The notes under the pieces: generated by a model
Told to the model about the DNA's origin: nothing
The model's database searches: none
Seen by the model: only the letters and a program-made list of their open reading frames with translations
NCBI GenBank assembly: GCA_964640895.1
Contig: CAZXJK010000002.1
Span: 1 to 38,563 of the forward strand
DNA: 38,563 bases
Reading direction: 5' to 3'
From: an uncultured Methylomonas sp.
GTDB taxonomy: Bacteria > Pseudomonadota > Gammaproteobacteria > Methylococcales > Methylomonadaceae
In this document: piece by piece, positions 27,162-34,551 of the stretch
Position numbering within the stretch: the first letter of the stretch is position 1
How the letters are laid out: every line of letters starts with the position of its first letter
Position numbers and translations under genes: made by a program

Positions 27162-27238
27162 AAAAAAAGCGCACGGTGCGCTTGAGCACCTTTGTAATAA
27201 CAGGGGTAGTAATCCCGACACTGGATTTTGCCAGTGCC
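27162..27238 (-). promoter_or_regulatory. c4 a1-b1 leader with terminator
   Basis: GGCACTGG-CAAAAT-CCAGTGTC hairpin; a1 TTACTACC (27205-27212); b1 TTACAAAGG (27189-27197); AAGCGCAC-C-GTGCGCTT plus T-run. Confidence 0.8.
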
Positions 27239-27243
27239 TTTTT

Positions 27244-27272
27244 AACTTAGCCCCAATCTGCGCCTTTGTCAA
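27244..27272 (-). promoter_or_regulatory. Sigma70 promoter of the c4-ant operon
   Basis: TTGACA-17 nt-TAAGTT. Confidence 0.8.
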
Positions 27273-27390
27273 ATATTATTTAAAAATCATGATCCTCGCA
27301 AATCAACCATTTCCATAATGGAAATAGTTAAAAATCCGTTAGCCGAGATTTACTCTACGTGTTTTCCATGTATCAACAATGTTATATCAC

Positions 27391-28185
27391 TTAATTAACG
27401 GTGTGATCTACATCAAAAGGAAATTTATCGTTATTTGCATCAGACCATCTAAGAAAAGGAGGGTTTTTTCCAGCTTTTTTATTTTTAAAGGATTTTAAAA
27501 TTTTTGCTACGTATTCAACAGGGGTAGGTGTTGTTTTTTTATCAACAGCCGTTTTTATAAACCACTCTCTTAATAATGAAACTTGCCCGAATTCCCCTTT
27601 AAATTTACCAGAAAATAACTCCTCAAAAAAGTCATCAACGATATGTTCGTCATTAAATTGCAATAAATAGGAGTAACAGGCATTAACATATTTAGGGGGA
27701 GCCCCTATGTATCGTCGTTTAAAACCTTTATGATTCAATACCCTTTTGTGCTTAATGTAATATTCGTAGGTTTCTTTTTTTGATAGCCTAGAGGAATTTA
27801 CAGATTTAGGGGTTTTAATGTTTAGGCAATAAAACGCATTTATAGCAGAAGCTACGGCGGTGTAATTTTCAACCTCCTTCAATGCAAAGTTGTCAGAATT
27901 AGTTCGGGTTTTCCCCTGATCTATGGTGCAAAAAACATCATCTGAAAGTTCAGTTAAAAGCTCTATATCAATGCTCTTACCTGAAAGAACAACAGCGTGT
28001 AATCTATGCTGACCGTCTATAATTACATTTGAACTTGATATTTTTATTGATTCGCCGTTATAAACCCAGTTCCCTTTATTTATTTCATTTGCATACCTCG
28101 TTACAGTAGCCTTTCTAAGCGGTCTGTTTTTTGTGTTCGATAATAGCCACTCTTTCGCCATTTTTGGTGTTAATGTAATTTTCAT
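27391..28185 (-). CDS. ParB/Srx-like N-terminal domain protein (DGQHR motif), AT-rich moron
   Basis: TP..AKEWL..N..NRP......Y...I..G.W..NGE.I.......IDGQHRL.AVV. Confidence 0.8.
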   Translation of the reverse strand: MKITLTPKMAKEWLLSNTKNRPLRKATVTRYANEINKGNWVYNGESIKISSSNVIIDGQHRLHAVVLSGKSIDIELLTELSDDVFCTIDQGKTRTNSDNFALKEVENYTAVASAINAFYCLNIKTPKSVNSSRLSKKETYEYYIKHKRVLNHKGFKRRYIGAPPKYVNACYSYLLQFNDEHIVDDFFEELFSGKFKGEFGQVSLLREWFIKTAVDKKTTPTPVEYVAKILKSFKNKKAGKNPPFLRWSDANNDKFPFDVDHTVN

Positions 28186-28240
28186 AAATTATAATTAAAT
28201 TCCTCGTTTATCCCAATATAACAAACTCGTAAGACGTACC

Positions 28241-28336
28241 GTAGGTTGGATGAGCGGTAGCGTTATCCGACATTCATAACGAAAATGGATAGATAAGCGA
28301 TTAATGGCACAAGGCGCAATCGCTTTTCCGCCCTAC
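28241..28336. repeat. Inverted pair of GTAG REP-like palindromes (REPIN-like)
   Basis: GTAG-GTTGGAT...ATCCGAC (28241-28271, +) and GTAG-GGCGGAAAAGCGATT...AATCGCTT (- strand, ending at 28336). Confidence 0.6.
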
Positions 28337-28338
28337 CA

Positions 28339-28668
28339 CTAATAATCCTTAGCAACAGCAAAGCCAGCCTTGACCATTTCAGCATTTATATTCACACCGT
28401 CCAGATATATAATCCCCAGATAGCGTCCGTATTTGCCTTTTTTATCTTCAATGGTTTTTAAGATAACCTGCTTTCCGAGTATCTTTTCTCTCAGCCAGTC
28501 TCTTGATTTTAAGCCCTCTGCTCGCTCATCCCCTCTAACCTCCGGTGCGTTTAAGCCATAAAGACGTATTTTTTCCCCTTTAAGAACCACGTTAAATCCC
28601 AGATCAATAGTCGCGGTGACTGTATCGCCATCATAGACTTTTGATATCTTTGCATGATATGTATACAT
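28339..28668 (-). CDS. Thermonuclease (SNase-like) family protein
   Basis: VYDGDT, IRLYGLNAPE, GKYGRYL, IN.EMV..G.A; no signal peptide. Confidence 0.92.
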   Translation of the reverse strand: MYTYHAKISKVYDGDTVTATIDLGFNVVLKGEKIRLYGLNAPEVRGDERAEGLKSRDWLREKILGKQVILKTIEDKKGKYGRYLGIIYLDGVNINAEMVKAGFAVAKDY

Positions 28669-28692
28669 TAGTAACCACCTTAATCCGAGGCT

Positions 28693-28935
28693 TCATTGCG
28701 CATTAGCCATTTCACAAGCCAAAACACCGGGGCCGAGAATGCGTAATTCATACTCTTCACTCGTTATATAACCCAGCTCTATTAGCACAGATAAAGCAAA
28801 GGGCGTGTCATCGACCGCTTTTTTTAGCTCACCTTCGCTCATCCAGCCGAATTTATCCAGTTGCCCCGCCTCACTTTGCCGCTGTTGATAAAGTACTTCC
28901 AGTATTTGTTGTCTTTTTTCTGCGTTTTTGTTCAT
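28693..28935 (-). CDS. Hypothetical protein, possible wHTH
   Basis: 80 aa; R..IL..LY...L..L.ELGYI pattern; coupled to neighbours. Confidence 0.65.
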   Translation of the reverse strand: MNKNAEKRQQILEVLYQQRQSEAGQLDKFGWMSEGELKKAVDDTPFALSVLIELGYITSEEYELRILGPGVLACEMANAQ

Positions 28936-29252
28936 AATCCTGCCTCTAAATAATAAAGTTCCGCTTTAAGCTGTCTGCTTTCTTCTTCTAGTTCAACTTT
29001 TTCGTCTATTAATTGAGTTCCACGCTGCTTCTTTGCCACTGCAAACAAGCGCTTTTCTTCTTTACTAAGTGACTCCAATAATTCACCTATTTTGTTTAAG
29101 CCATGCTTGTTTTCAGTAATAACCTGGTTAGCCTCTGTCCTAATTTTAATGATTCCAGATAAAGGTTTTTCATCTAAGATTGATTGAATTTTTTCTAGTC
29201 TTCTATCAATCCGCTTAAGTGCTTGGCGAATCACCTTATCTTTTACTTTCAT
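28932..29252 (-). CDS. Hypothetical coiled-coil protein
   Basis: 106 aa, charged and helical; ATGA coupling. Confidence 0.65.
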   Translation of the reverse strand: MKVKDKVIRQALKRIDRRLEKIQSILDEKPLSGIIKIRTEANQVITENKHGLNKIGELLESLSKEEKRLFAVAKKQRGTQLIDEKVELEEESRQLKAELYYLEAGL

Positions 29253-29263
29253 CGTTTTATTAC

Positions 29264-29674
29264 CTAATCAAATAAATCAATCTGAGCTGATATTTCTGTT
29301 TTTTCTACTCTGCGCCTTAATTTTCGTATACCTCTCTCGGTATAAGCGTATTTTCTAGCCAGCTTTGTATTGCTTAAACCTTGCTGAAAATCCTCTAAAA
29401 TGGCCTGTTCCTTTATCGCACGGAGTGCTTTCACACAGCGGTCTATCTCGATTTCTTCTCCTTGATAGTAGCCAACCAGGGATTGCAACGCTTCCAGTCC
29501 AATTTCCGCTACCAGCCAATGCTCAGGTTTTGCCCGTGTCGGTACACTGAGTCTTATCCCTCCGCGTATTTCCACCAGTTTTAAAGCCGCTTGGATGCCA
29601 ATCACTTTAACCAATTCCTGCGTTCGGCTGGGTAAAAGTGTCTGTTCTAGGGTTTCACTGTTTAGCGCGTACAT
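29264..29674 (-). CDS. mor: Mor/C-family transcription activator
   Basis: LP....LV.VIG..AALKLV...GG..L.VP; C-terminal HTH S..KLARKY..TER.IR. Confidence 0.88.
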   Translation of the reverse strand: MYALNSETLEQTLLPSRTQELVKVIGIQAALKLVEIRGGIRLSVPTRAKPEHWLVAEIGLEALQSLVGYYQGEEIEIDRCVKALRAIKEQAILEDFQQGLSNTKLARKYAYTERGIRKLRRRVEKTEISAQIDLFD

Positions 29675-30218
29675 CTCGCACCGCCTTTTCTAGCCTTTCT
29701 ATTTGGGTTAATAAGGCTTCATCGCCACTGGCTTCATAGAGGCTTTTAAGCCCTTTTAATTCGTTATTAAGGCGGATGTAATGCTGTCTTTTTTTATCCT
29801 TCTGGTTAGTTTGGCTGGGTTGTGTGTCTTGGTAACGTTTCTCATGTAGCCAGCCTTGTGCCATTTTACGTGCCTGTCCGTCAGCCAAATTTTTCTGTGC
29901 TTCCTTTGTGGCTGCATTAATGATTATCTGGGTTTGCTGGGGATTCATTGCCCCTAGTTGGTACCAGCGCATAGCGGCACCATTTCGCCCCTGTTTATAT
30001 TGAAAAGCTTGCCAGAACTGATTAAAACTTTTCTTTTGCTGAAGGCTCATGGCTTCGTACCAGTCTTTATGCTCGCTGTTTTCTTTTTTATCTGCACCGT
30101 AGCCATGCTGGTTTAATCCATCCCATAAGAATTCTGCGTAATGAATCGCGGATGCCAGTTTTTTCATTTCGGGTAAACTGCGAATAATGACGGCTTGTAT
30201 GAAGCGTTTTTTACTCAT
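29655..30218 (-). CDS. Hypothetical protein with helical domain resembling phage replication-initiator C-termini
   Basis: FNQFWQAF..K.G...A...W...AQGWL.EKRY.D; ATG at 30218 has an AAAGGG RBS. Confidence 0.65.
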   Translation of the reverse strand: MSKKRFIQAVIIRSLPEMKKLASAIHYAEFLWDGLNQHGYGADKKENSEHKDWYEAMSLQQKKSFNQFWQAFQYKQGRNGAAMRWYQLGAMNPQQTQIIINAATKEAQKNLADGQARKMAQGWLHEKRYQDTQPSQTNQKDKKRQHYIRLNNELKGLKSLYEASGDEALLTQIERLEKAVRDVRAKQ

Positions 30219-30414
30219 TAATTTCCCTTTCTTCAATAACCTCAAAAGCTAGAACAAGGGTTCTTGCAACCCAAAACTGGTGAGTGCATGTCGGACAAAT
30301 CGCAAAAAATACAGTGATTGATTCATCTTCCAATAGGTACATATCCTCTTCTTGCAGCATTAATTCATCATCCTTAAATTCACTACTACATTGTGGACAA
30401 GCGAAGTAACTCAT
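30211..30414 (-). CDS. Small zinc-ribbon protein
   Basis: CPQC ... CPTC pairs. Confidence 0.7.
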   Translation of the reverse strand: MSYFACPQCSSEFKDDELMLQEEDMYLLEDESITVFFAICPTCTHQFWVARTLVLAFEVIEEREINE

Positions 30415-31103
30415 ACAGTCTCCAGTCTGTTAGTCTGGTTTTCATTCACTCCTCGGTTTAACTGTGCATTAGCGCCATCGAGATAACCAGCCAGATTATC
30501 TTTACACTGGTTATCTTTTGAACCTTTTGTTGTGCGTGAATGTGAAGTTAGATCAGTTAAAGCAGGATATTTTTTTTTCACATAGGCATTAATGGCTTTT
30601 TTCTGTGCCTGATTGGGTGCAAAGTCACTAATTGTGCTGTAAACCTCAAGCACCCACGAGTAACAATAGTTATCGGCTCGACTGGTTTTGTTCGCCCGTT
30701 TGCAGCGATACAGTTTGCTTTTAATGTAGTTAGCACGGTCTTTTTTGAGTTGTCTAAGCAATACTTCAAAGGCATAGGCTGCTAGTTCTGGAGCTGTTCC
30801 CGTGCCTATAAATTTCCAAACAGCTTGACCGAAGATATTAGATGAGAAAATATTTTTACAGGAAAAAGCTTTAGCCACTGTTCTTGCTAATAAAGACTCC
30901 CACTTTGAAGGTTTTTTTTTCACATTTGAGCGGGTATCTTTTTCGTTGGCCTGAGCCGCATCAATATCCGCTGTGTTGATATTATATTTTTGCATTAAAT
31001 TCTGGGCTTGGCGTAATGCATTAGCCGCTTCATGTTCATTGCTGGATTTTGCCAGTGCTAAGCATTTTTTTATTTTTTCAATCATGTTAGGGTCTTGTTT
31101 CAT
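30411..31103 (-). CDS. DUF2786-domain protein
   Basis: KIKKCLALAKS.NEHEAANALRQAQ.LM.KY. Confidence 0.85.
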   Translation of the reverse strand: MKQDPNMIEKIKKCLALAKSSNEHEAANALRQAQNLMQKYNINTADIDAAQANEKDTRSNVKKKPSKWESLLARTVAKAFSCKNIFSSNIFGQAVWKFIGTGTAPELAAYAFEVLLRQLKKDRANYIKSKLYRCKRANKTSRADNYCYSWVLEVYSTISDFAPNQAQKKAINAYVKKKYPALTDLTSHSRTTKGSKDNQCKDNLAGYLDGANAQLNRGVNENQTNRLETV

Positions 31104-31768
31104 GATGTTCTGCGCCCCTTTTTTTCAGCATCTTTAATCAAGGCATTAATCACACCGCTCAGCTCTTTACTGCTGCAAAATTCCAGACCATGCTTGTTAT
31201 ACATTCGTTTAGCGATAGCTTTGGCGTAACTCCACGGGTATTTTGCCTCGCTTAATAAGGCTTCTATCTTTTGCAATTGTGGTTTGCTATTCAGGTTATT
31301 AGGTTTGCCGGGATAATGGCTTTTTGTTGGCTTAGGTAGGTTTGTTTTTAAATAACTAATCACTTGAACTCGCTCCCGTGCATTCAGTTTGCTAGCGCTA
31401 CGTTTTCCGGTCAGCTGCTCTAACATGTCTCGGTAGCTGTCATCATCTAATCCAGCTTGTTTTTTAAACAGATGAATTTTTGCCAGATCTTTGTTTCTAA
31501 TAGTGCGCTGATCAGTGGCTTCAGTTTGCGCTTTAGGCAGTGCTAGATCAGGGGCTTGTTTCTCTAGTTCATCAGCTTGCGCCAATAAATGGTCAGCCGC
31601 TTGCATTTCTTGGTGATAGCGCACACCTTCAGCAGTTTGCGCTATTTGTCTCATCTTTACTGCTCTTTGCCTAAGCTGTTGCGCTGTTTCCGCCATATTA
31701 ATTACCGATTGTGTTTGTTGTAGGTTTGGGCGGACTGTGCTGTCCGCCACTGGTTTTGTTTTATGCAA
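31100..31768 (-). CDS. gemA: GemA / Mu gp16 family protein with N-terminal extension
   Basis: LAKIH..K.Q.GLDDDSYR.ML...TGKRSA..L; KIEALL.....W.YA. Confidence 0.85.
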   Translation of the reverse strand: MHKTKPVADSTVRPNLQQTQSVINMAETAQQLRQRAVKMRQIAQTAEGVRYHQEMQAADHLLAQADELEKQAPDLALPKAQTEATDQRTIRNKDLAKIHLFKKQAGLDDDSYRDMLEQLTGKRSASKLNARERVQVISYLKTNLPKPTKSHYPGKPNNLNSKPQLQKIEALLSEAKYPWSYAKAIAKRMYNKHGLEFCSSKELSGVINALIKDAEKKGRRTS

Positions 31769-32036
31769 TCCCTTCTTTTAACGCTTTCAGTGCTTTCATT
31801 TTCGGTACCCGTTTGGCAGGTATTATTAGCTTTTCACCGGTCTGAGGGTGGCGACCTTCACGTTCTGCACGTTGGCTAACGCTTAGCTTGATCAAGCCCG
31901 GCAGTGTCACCTCGCCATTGTCGTAGAGTTCCTGACATATGACGGGTGATAATGCATCAAGCACCCTGAGTATATTATTTTTACCAATGCTCGAATCATA
32001 CAAATCAATGCCTTCAATTAATTCTGATTTTTTCAT
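31761..32036 (-). CDS. HU/IHF-family DNA-bending protein
   Basis: MKKSELI, V.LPG, R.EREGRHPQTGE...IPA...PK.K..K.LK. Confidence 0.9.
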   Translation of the reverse strand: MKKSELIEGIDLYDSSIGKNNILRVLDALSPVICQELYDNGEVTLPGLIKLSVSQRAEREGRHPQTGEKLIIPAKRVPKMKALKALKEGIA

Positions 32037-32050
32037 AAGGTTATCTCTTT

Positions 32051-32227
32051 TTATTGGGTTCTAGGTTGAATAATCACGCATTCTGATTGGCAATGATGCG
32101 CGGCTATTTTTTTAATTTTGTAGGCTCTTTTCTGGGATTGAGTACCGAATTCGCCGGTGATAAAGGAAAGGTATAATCCTTTATCAATCCCTGAGCGTCT
32201 GGTCTGACGTATCCCCTTCCAGCTCAC
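32051..32227 (-). CDS. Small hypothetical protein (58 aa, not in ORF track)
   Basis: GTG start overlapping the upstream TAG, G-rich RBS; MSWKGIRQTRRSG...QPRTQ*. Confidence 0.5.
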   Translation of the reverse strand: MSWKGIRQTRRSGIDKGLYLSFITGEFGTQSQKRAYKIKKIAAHHCQSECVIIQPRTQ

Positions 32228-32382
32228 TAAACTGCCCCCCTAATTTGTATTTCCTTTGCTAATAATTTTCGGGCTGAGTGATCAAAATAACCCCTAATAA
32301 ACCTCACGCACAAAGAACAATTCAGACTATTTAATCGTTTTTTTATAAGTCCTTTTCTATAAAGCCCTCTTTTTTTTCTCAA
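32227..32382 (-). CDS. Small basic hypothetical protein (51 aa, not in ORF track)
   Basis: TTG directly after the upstream stop; MRKKRGLYRKG...CSLC...IRGAV*. Confidence 0.5.
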   Translation of the reverse strand: MRKKRGLYRKGLIKKRLNSLNCSLCVRFIRGYFDHSARKLLAKEIQIRGAV

Positions 32383-33036
32383 TTAAGTCACCTCTGTAGG
32401 CTTGCTGTTAACATTCAATTCAATCGAGGCAATATCTAAGCTGATCTGCTGGTACGTTCCCTCTTCTCCGGCCCGCTCATAAAAACGCAAGTATCGTTTA
32501 CTGCTGTTAACGGTGATACTCTGTTTCAGTGCCTCCATGGCTTTTTTCCAGGTCGCATCTTCAATCTTCAGTTTAAATAAGCCCAGGACTCTGGCAGTAT
32601 TAATGTTTCCCGCTTTGTCGGTTTGAAACGCATGCTCAATCAGGGCTTTAACATTGCTACCACTGTCTTTTGTCCATTCGTGTATGCATTGGTCTATTAA
32701 TGCCTTAGCTATCACTAAACGTTCATCAAACACCAGGCCTTCACTAATGCAAATCATTATTTTATACTCAGCGTTATAGGAAAAAAGACTCAGATTGCCT
32801 TTTTTACCCCCCAGTTTTATGCCATACTCCTCAGATGACAAGGCCATGAATGCGTCAATGTCATCAATCACAGAAGCTTTAAAAGTAGCCATTTGAATCT
32901 GTAAAGCGTGGGCTTTTTGGATAATATCTATAACCAGATCGTCCCGTAATTTGTCCAGCGGTAAAATATTATCAATCGGCACCAAATGACCACTGCTATT
33001 AGCCTGATAACCGCTAGGAATAGTAGCTTTTTTCAT
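32383..33036 (-). CDS. DUF3164-family protein
   Basis: G.LVP...I...DKLRD.LV, GGKKGN.SL.S, FDERL..AK.LID.C, W.KAM.A. Confidence 0.85.
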   Translation of the reverse strand: MKKATIPSGYQANSSGHLVPIDNILPLDKLRDDLVIDIIQKAHALQIQMATFKASVIDDIDAFMALSSEEYGIKLGGKKGNLSLFSYNAEYKIMICISEGLVFDERLVIAKALIDQCIHEWTKDSGSNVKALIEHAFQTDKAGNINTARVLGLFKLKIEDATWKKAMEALKQSITVNSSKRYLRFYERAGEEGTYQQISLDIASIELNVNSKPTEVT

Positions 33037-33167
33037 CTTTCCGCCTTTTTTTCATGGTTTTTAAAAATGCTTTGGGAAATTTCCAGCATTGCAAATCCGC
33101 TGAAATAAAACAGACCACCGAAAAATGCCATCAATGATGCTAAGACTATGAGTAAATTTCTTTTCAT
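33033..33167 (-). CDS. Small single-TM protein (44 aa, not in ORF track)
   Basis: MKRNLLIVLASLMAFFGGLFYFSGFAMLEISQSIFKNHEKKAER*; ATGA overlaps at both ends. Confidence 0.65.
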   Translation of the reverse strand: MKRNLLIVLASLMAFFGGLFYFSGFAMLEISQSIFKNHEKKAER

Positions 33168-33439
33168 TCTCTGGCCTCATTCCACTGGATTCTGCAACCC
33201 TTAATAAAGGCCATTTTTCGTAAATATCGACCTTCTATATTTTCACCCTGTCCCGTAAAAAAACCTTCAATTTTTGAGGTTCCAGGGCAATCATTAACTT
33301 CAATAATGGGTTGAGTGTTCATGAATGAAACAAAAATTATTTTTATACCCATTTCTGACAAGGCAATTAATGCATCAGCGGCATCAGCGCATTCATTAAT
33401 AACCTCGCTTAAGGGTGGGTAAATTTTTTTTAGTGACAT
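33164..33439 (-). CDS. Hypothetical early protein
   Basis: 91 aa with RBS AGGAG; C-terminal GCRIQW typical of small Mu-like early proteins. Confidence 0.75.
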   Translation of the reverse strand: MSLKKIYPPLSEVINECADAADALIALSEMGIKIIFVSFMNTQPIIEVNDCPGTSKIEGFFTGQGENIEGRYLRKMAFIKGCRIQWNEARE

Positions 33440-33504
33440 GTTTTTCTCCTGATTTTTCTTTAACTGCTTATGCAGATTGCCTGTTGATTAATAGTTTGCA
33501 ACGC

Positions 33505-34482
33505 CTATCCCTGGTAGTCTAAATCCTGATAAGCCGATTTAATGTATTTGAGCGCTAACCCACTGGCATCAGCCACAGCCAAAAACGCAGCCAATCTAAG
33601 TGTTTCAGTCAGCATCCCTAATGCCCCAGGCTTAAGCGCAATTTTCAAACAAAAATCAATACTCGGTTTATCGCTAAGTGCCCAGGCAGCCAGTAAGAGG
33701 CTAACATCCTCTTTACTGGGTTTTTTCAACGCCTGTTTTTTACTAATCCGTCTGAATAAAGGCGCATTAATTTCAGCTTTTCGACCCATTAAATTCGCGT
33801 ATATTTGCTCAGAACCCACGTAAGAAACACCGATCCTAGCCACATCAAACAAATGTTTAATCCCCCACAAAGCATCCATCCCCAATAATTGTGCCTCGTC
33901 GATAATCAATAAGCCCCGGGTGCCTTTTAAGCGTTGGATAATTTCTTCCTCCAGGTCAGCGGCTCTATTCGCTCCACCGCGTAAACCAACCGCTTTGGCA
34001 ATCCGCTTAAGACTGGCAGGATAAGTAGATGCAGCAGGGGATGCAGTAACAATCCAAACATTGTTATGGTTTTCTTGGTAATGCTCGCAGGTTAAGGTTT
34101 TACCCACGCCAGCACCACCAAACACACAGCAGGAAACGCCCGACATTTGCGCATAAGTCAAGGTATGGTGAATCTTGGCCGCTGTCGGTGTTTTAACCCA
34201 AGCAGGCGCTTTAGGCATTTCCTGCATCTGTCGCTGTTGCTCATGACGCTCTTCCAGCCACAGCTTTAATTGCTTTTCTACATTCTCATTATTGCCCTTA
34301 TAAACGCCATTCAGCCATTGATTGAATTTACTCGAACCTTGTCGATCAACCCCCGACTCCTTTGAAACTTCGGGCTGGCTAAGGCCATACTGTTCCATCT
34401 CTGAGCGAATCTTCTCGCGTAATTTGTCAGACTCGTTACTGGGTTGCTCTTCTGCTGTTGTCATATTCACTACATTATTCAT
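33505..34482 (-). CDS. Transposition ATPase B (MuB-like)
   Basis: N-terminal HTH (L.G.Y.G), Walker A GGAGVGKT, Walker B LIIDEAQ, PGAL..L. Confidence 0.95.
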   Translation of the reverse strand: MNNVVNMTTAEEQPSNESDKLREKIRSEMEQYGLSQPEVSKESGVDRQGSSKFNQWLNGVYKGNNENVEKQLKLWLEERHEQQRQMQEMPKAPAWVKTPTAAKIHHTLTYAQMSGVSCCVFGGAGVGKTLTCEHYQENHNNVWIVTASPAASTYPASLKRIAKAVGLRGGANRAADLEEEIIQRLKGTRGLLIIDEAQLLGMDALWGIKHLFDVARIGVSYVGSEQIYANLMGRKAEINAPLFRRISKKQALKKPSKEDVSLLLAAWALSDKPSIDFCLKIALKPGALGMLTETLRLAAFLAVADASGLALKYIKSAYQDLDYQG

Positions 34483-34528
34483 GTGTTATAATCCTCTTGT
34501 GTGTTAAGTCCTAGGACTTGCTTTTAAT

Positions 34529-34550
34529 CCTGCCCTCTGCAAAGGGCAGG
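34529..34550 (-). terminator. Hairpin between the transposase A and B genes
   Basis: CCTGCCCT-6 nt-AGGGCAGG; adjacent 14-bp palindrome AAGTCCTAGGACTT at 34506-34519. Confidence 0.45.
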
Positions 34551-34551
34551 C

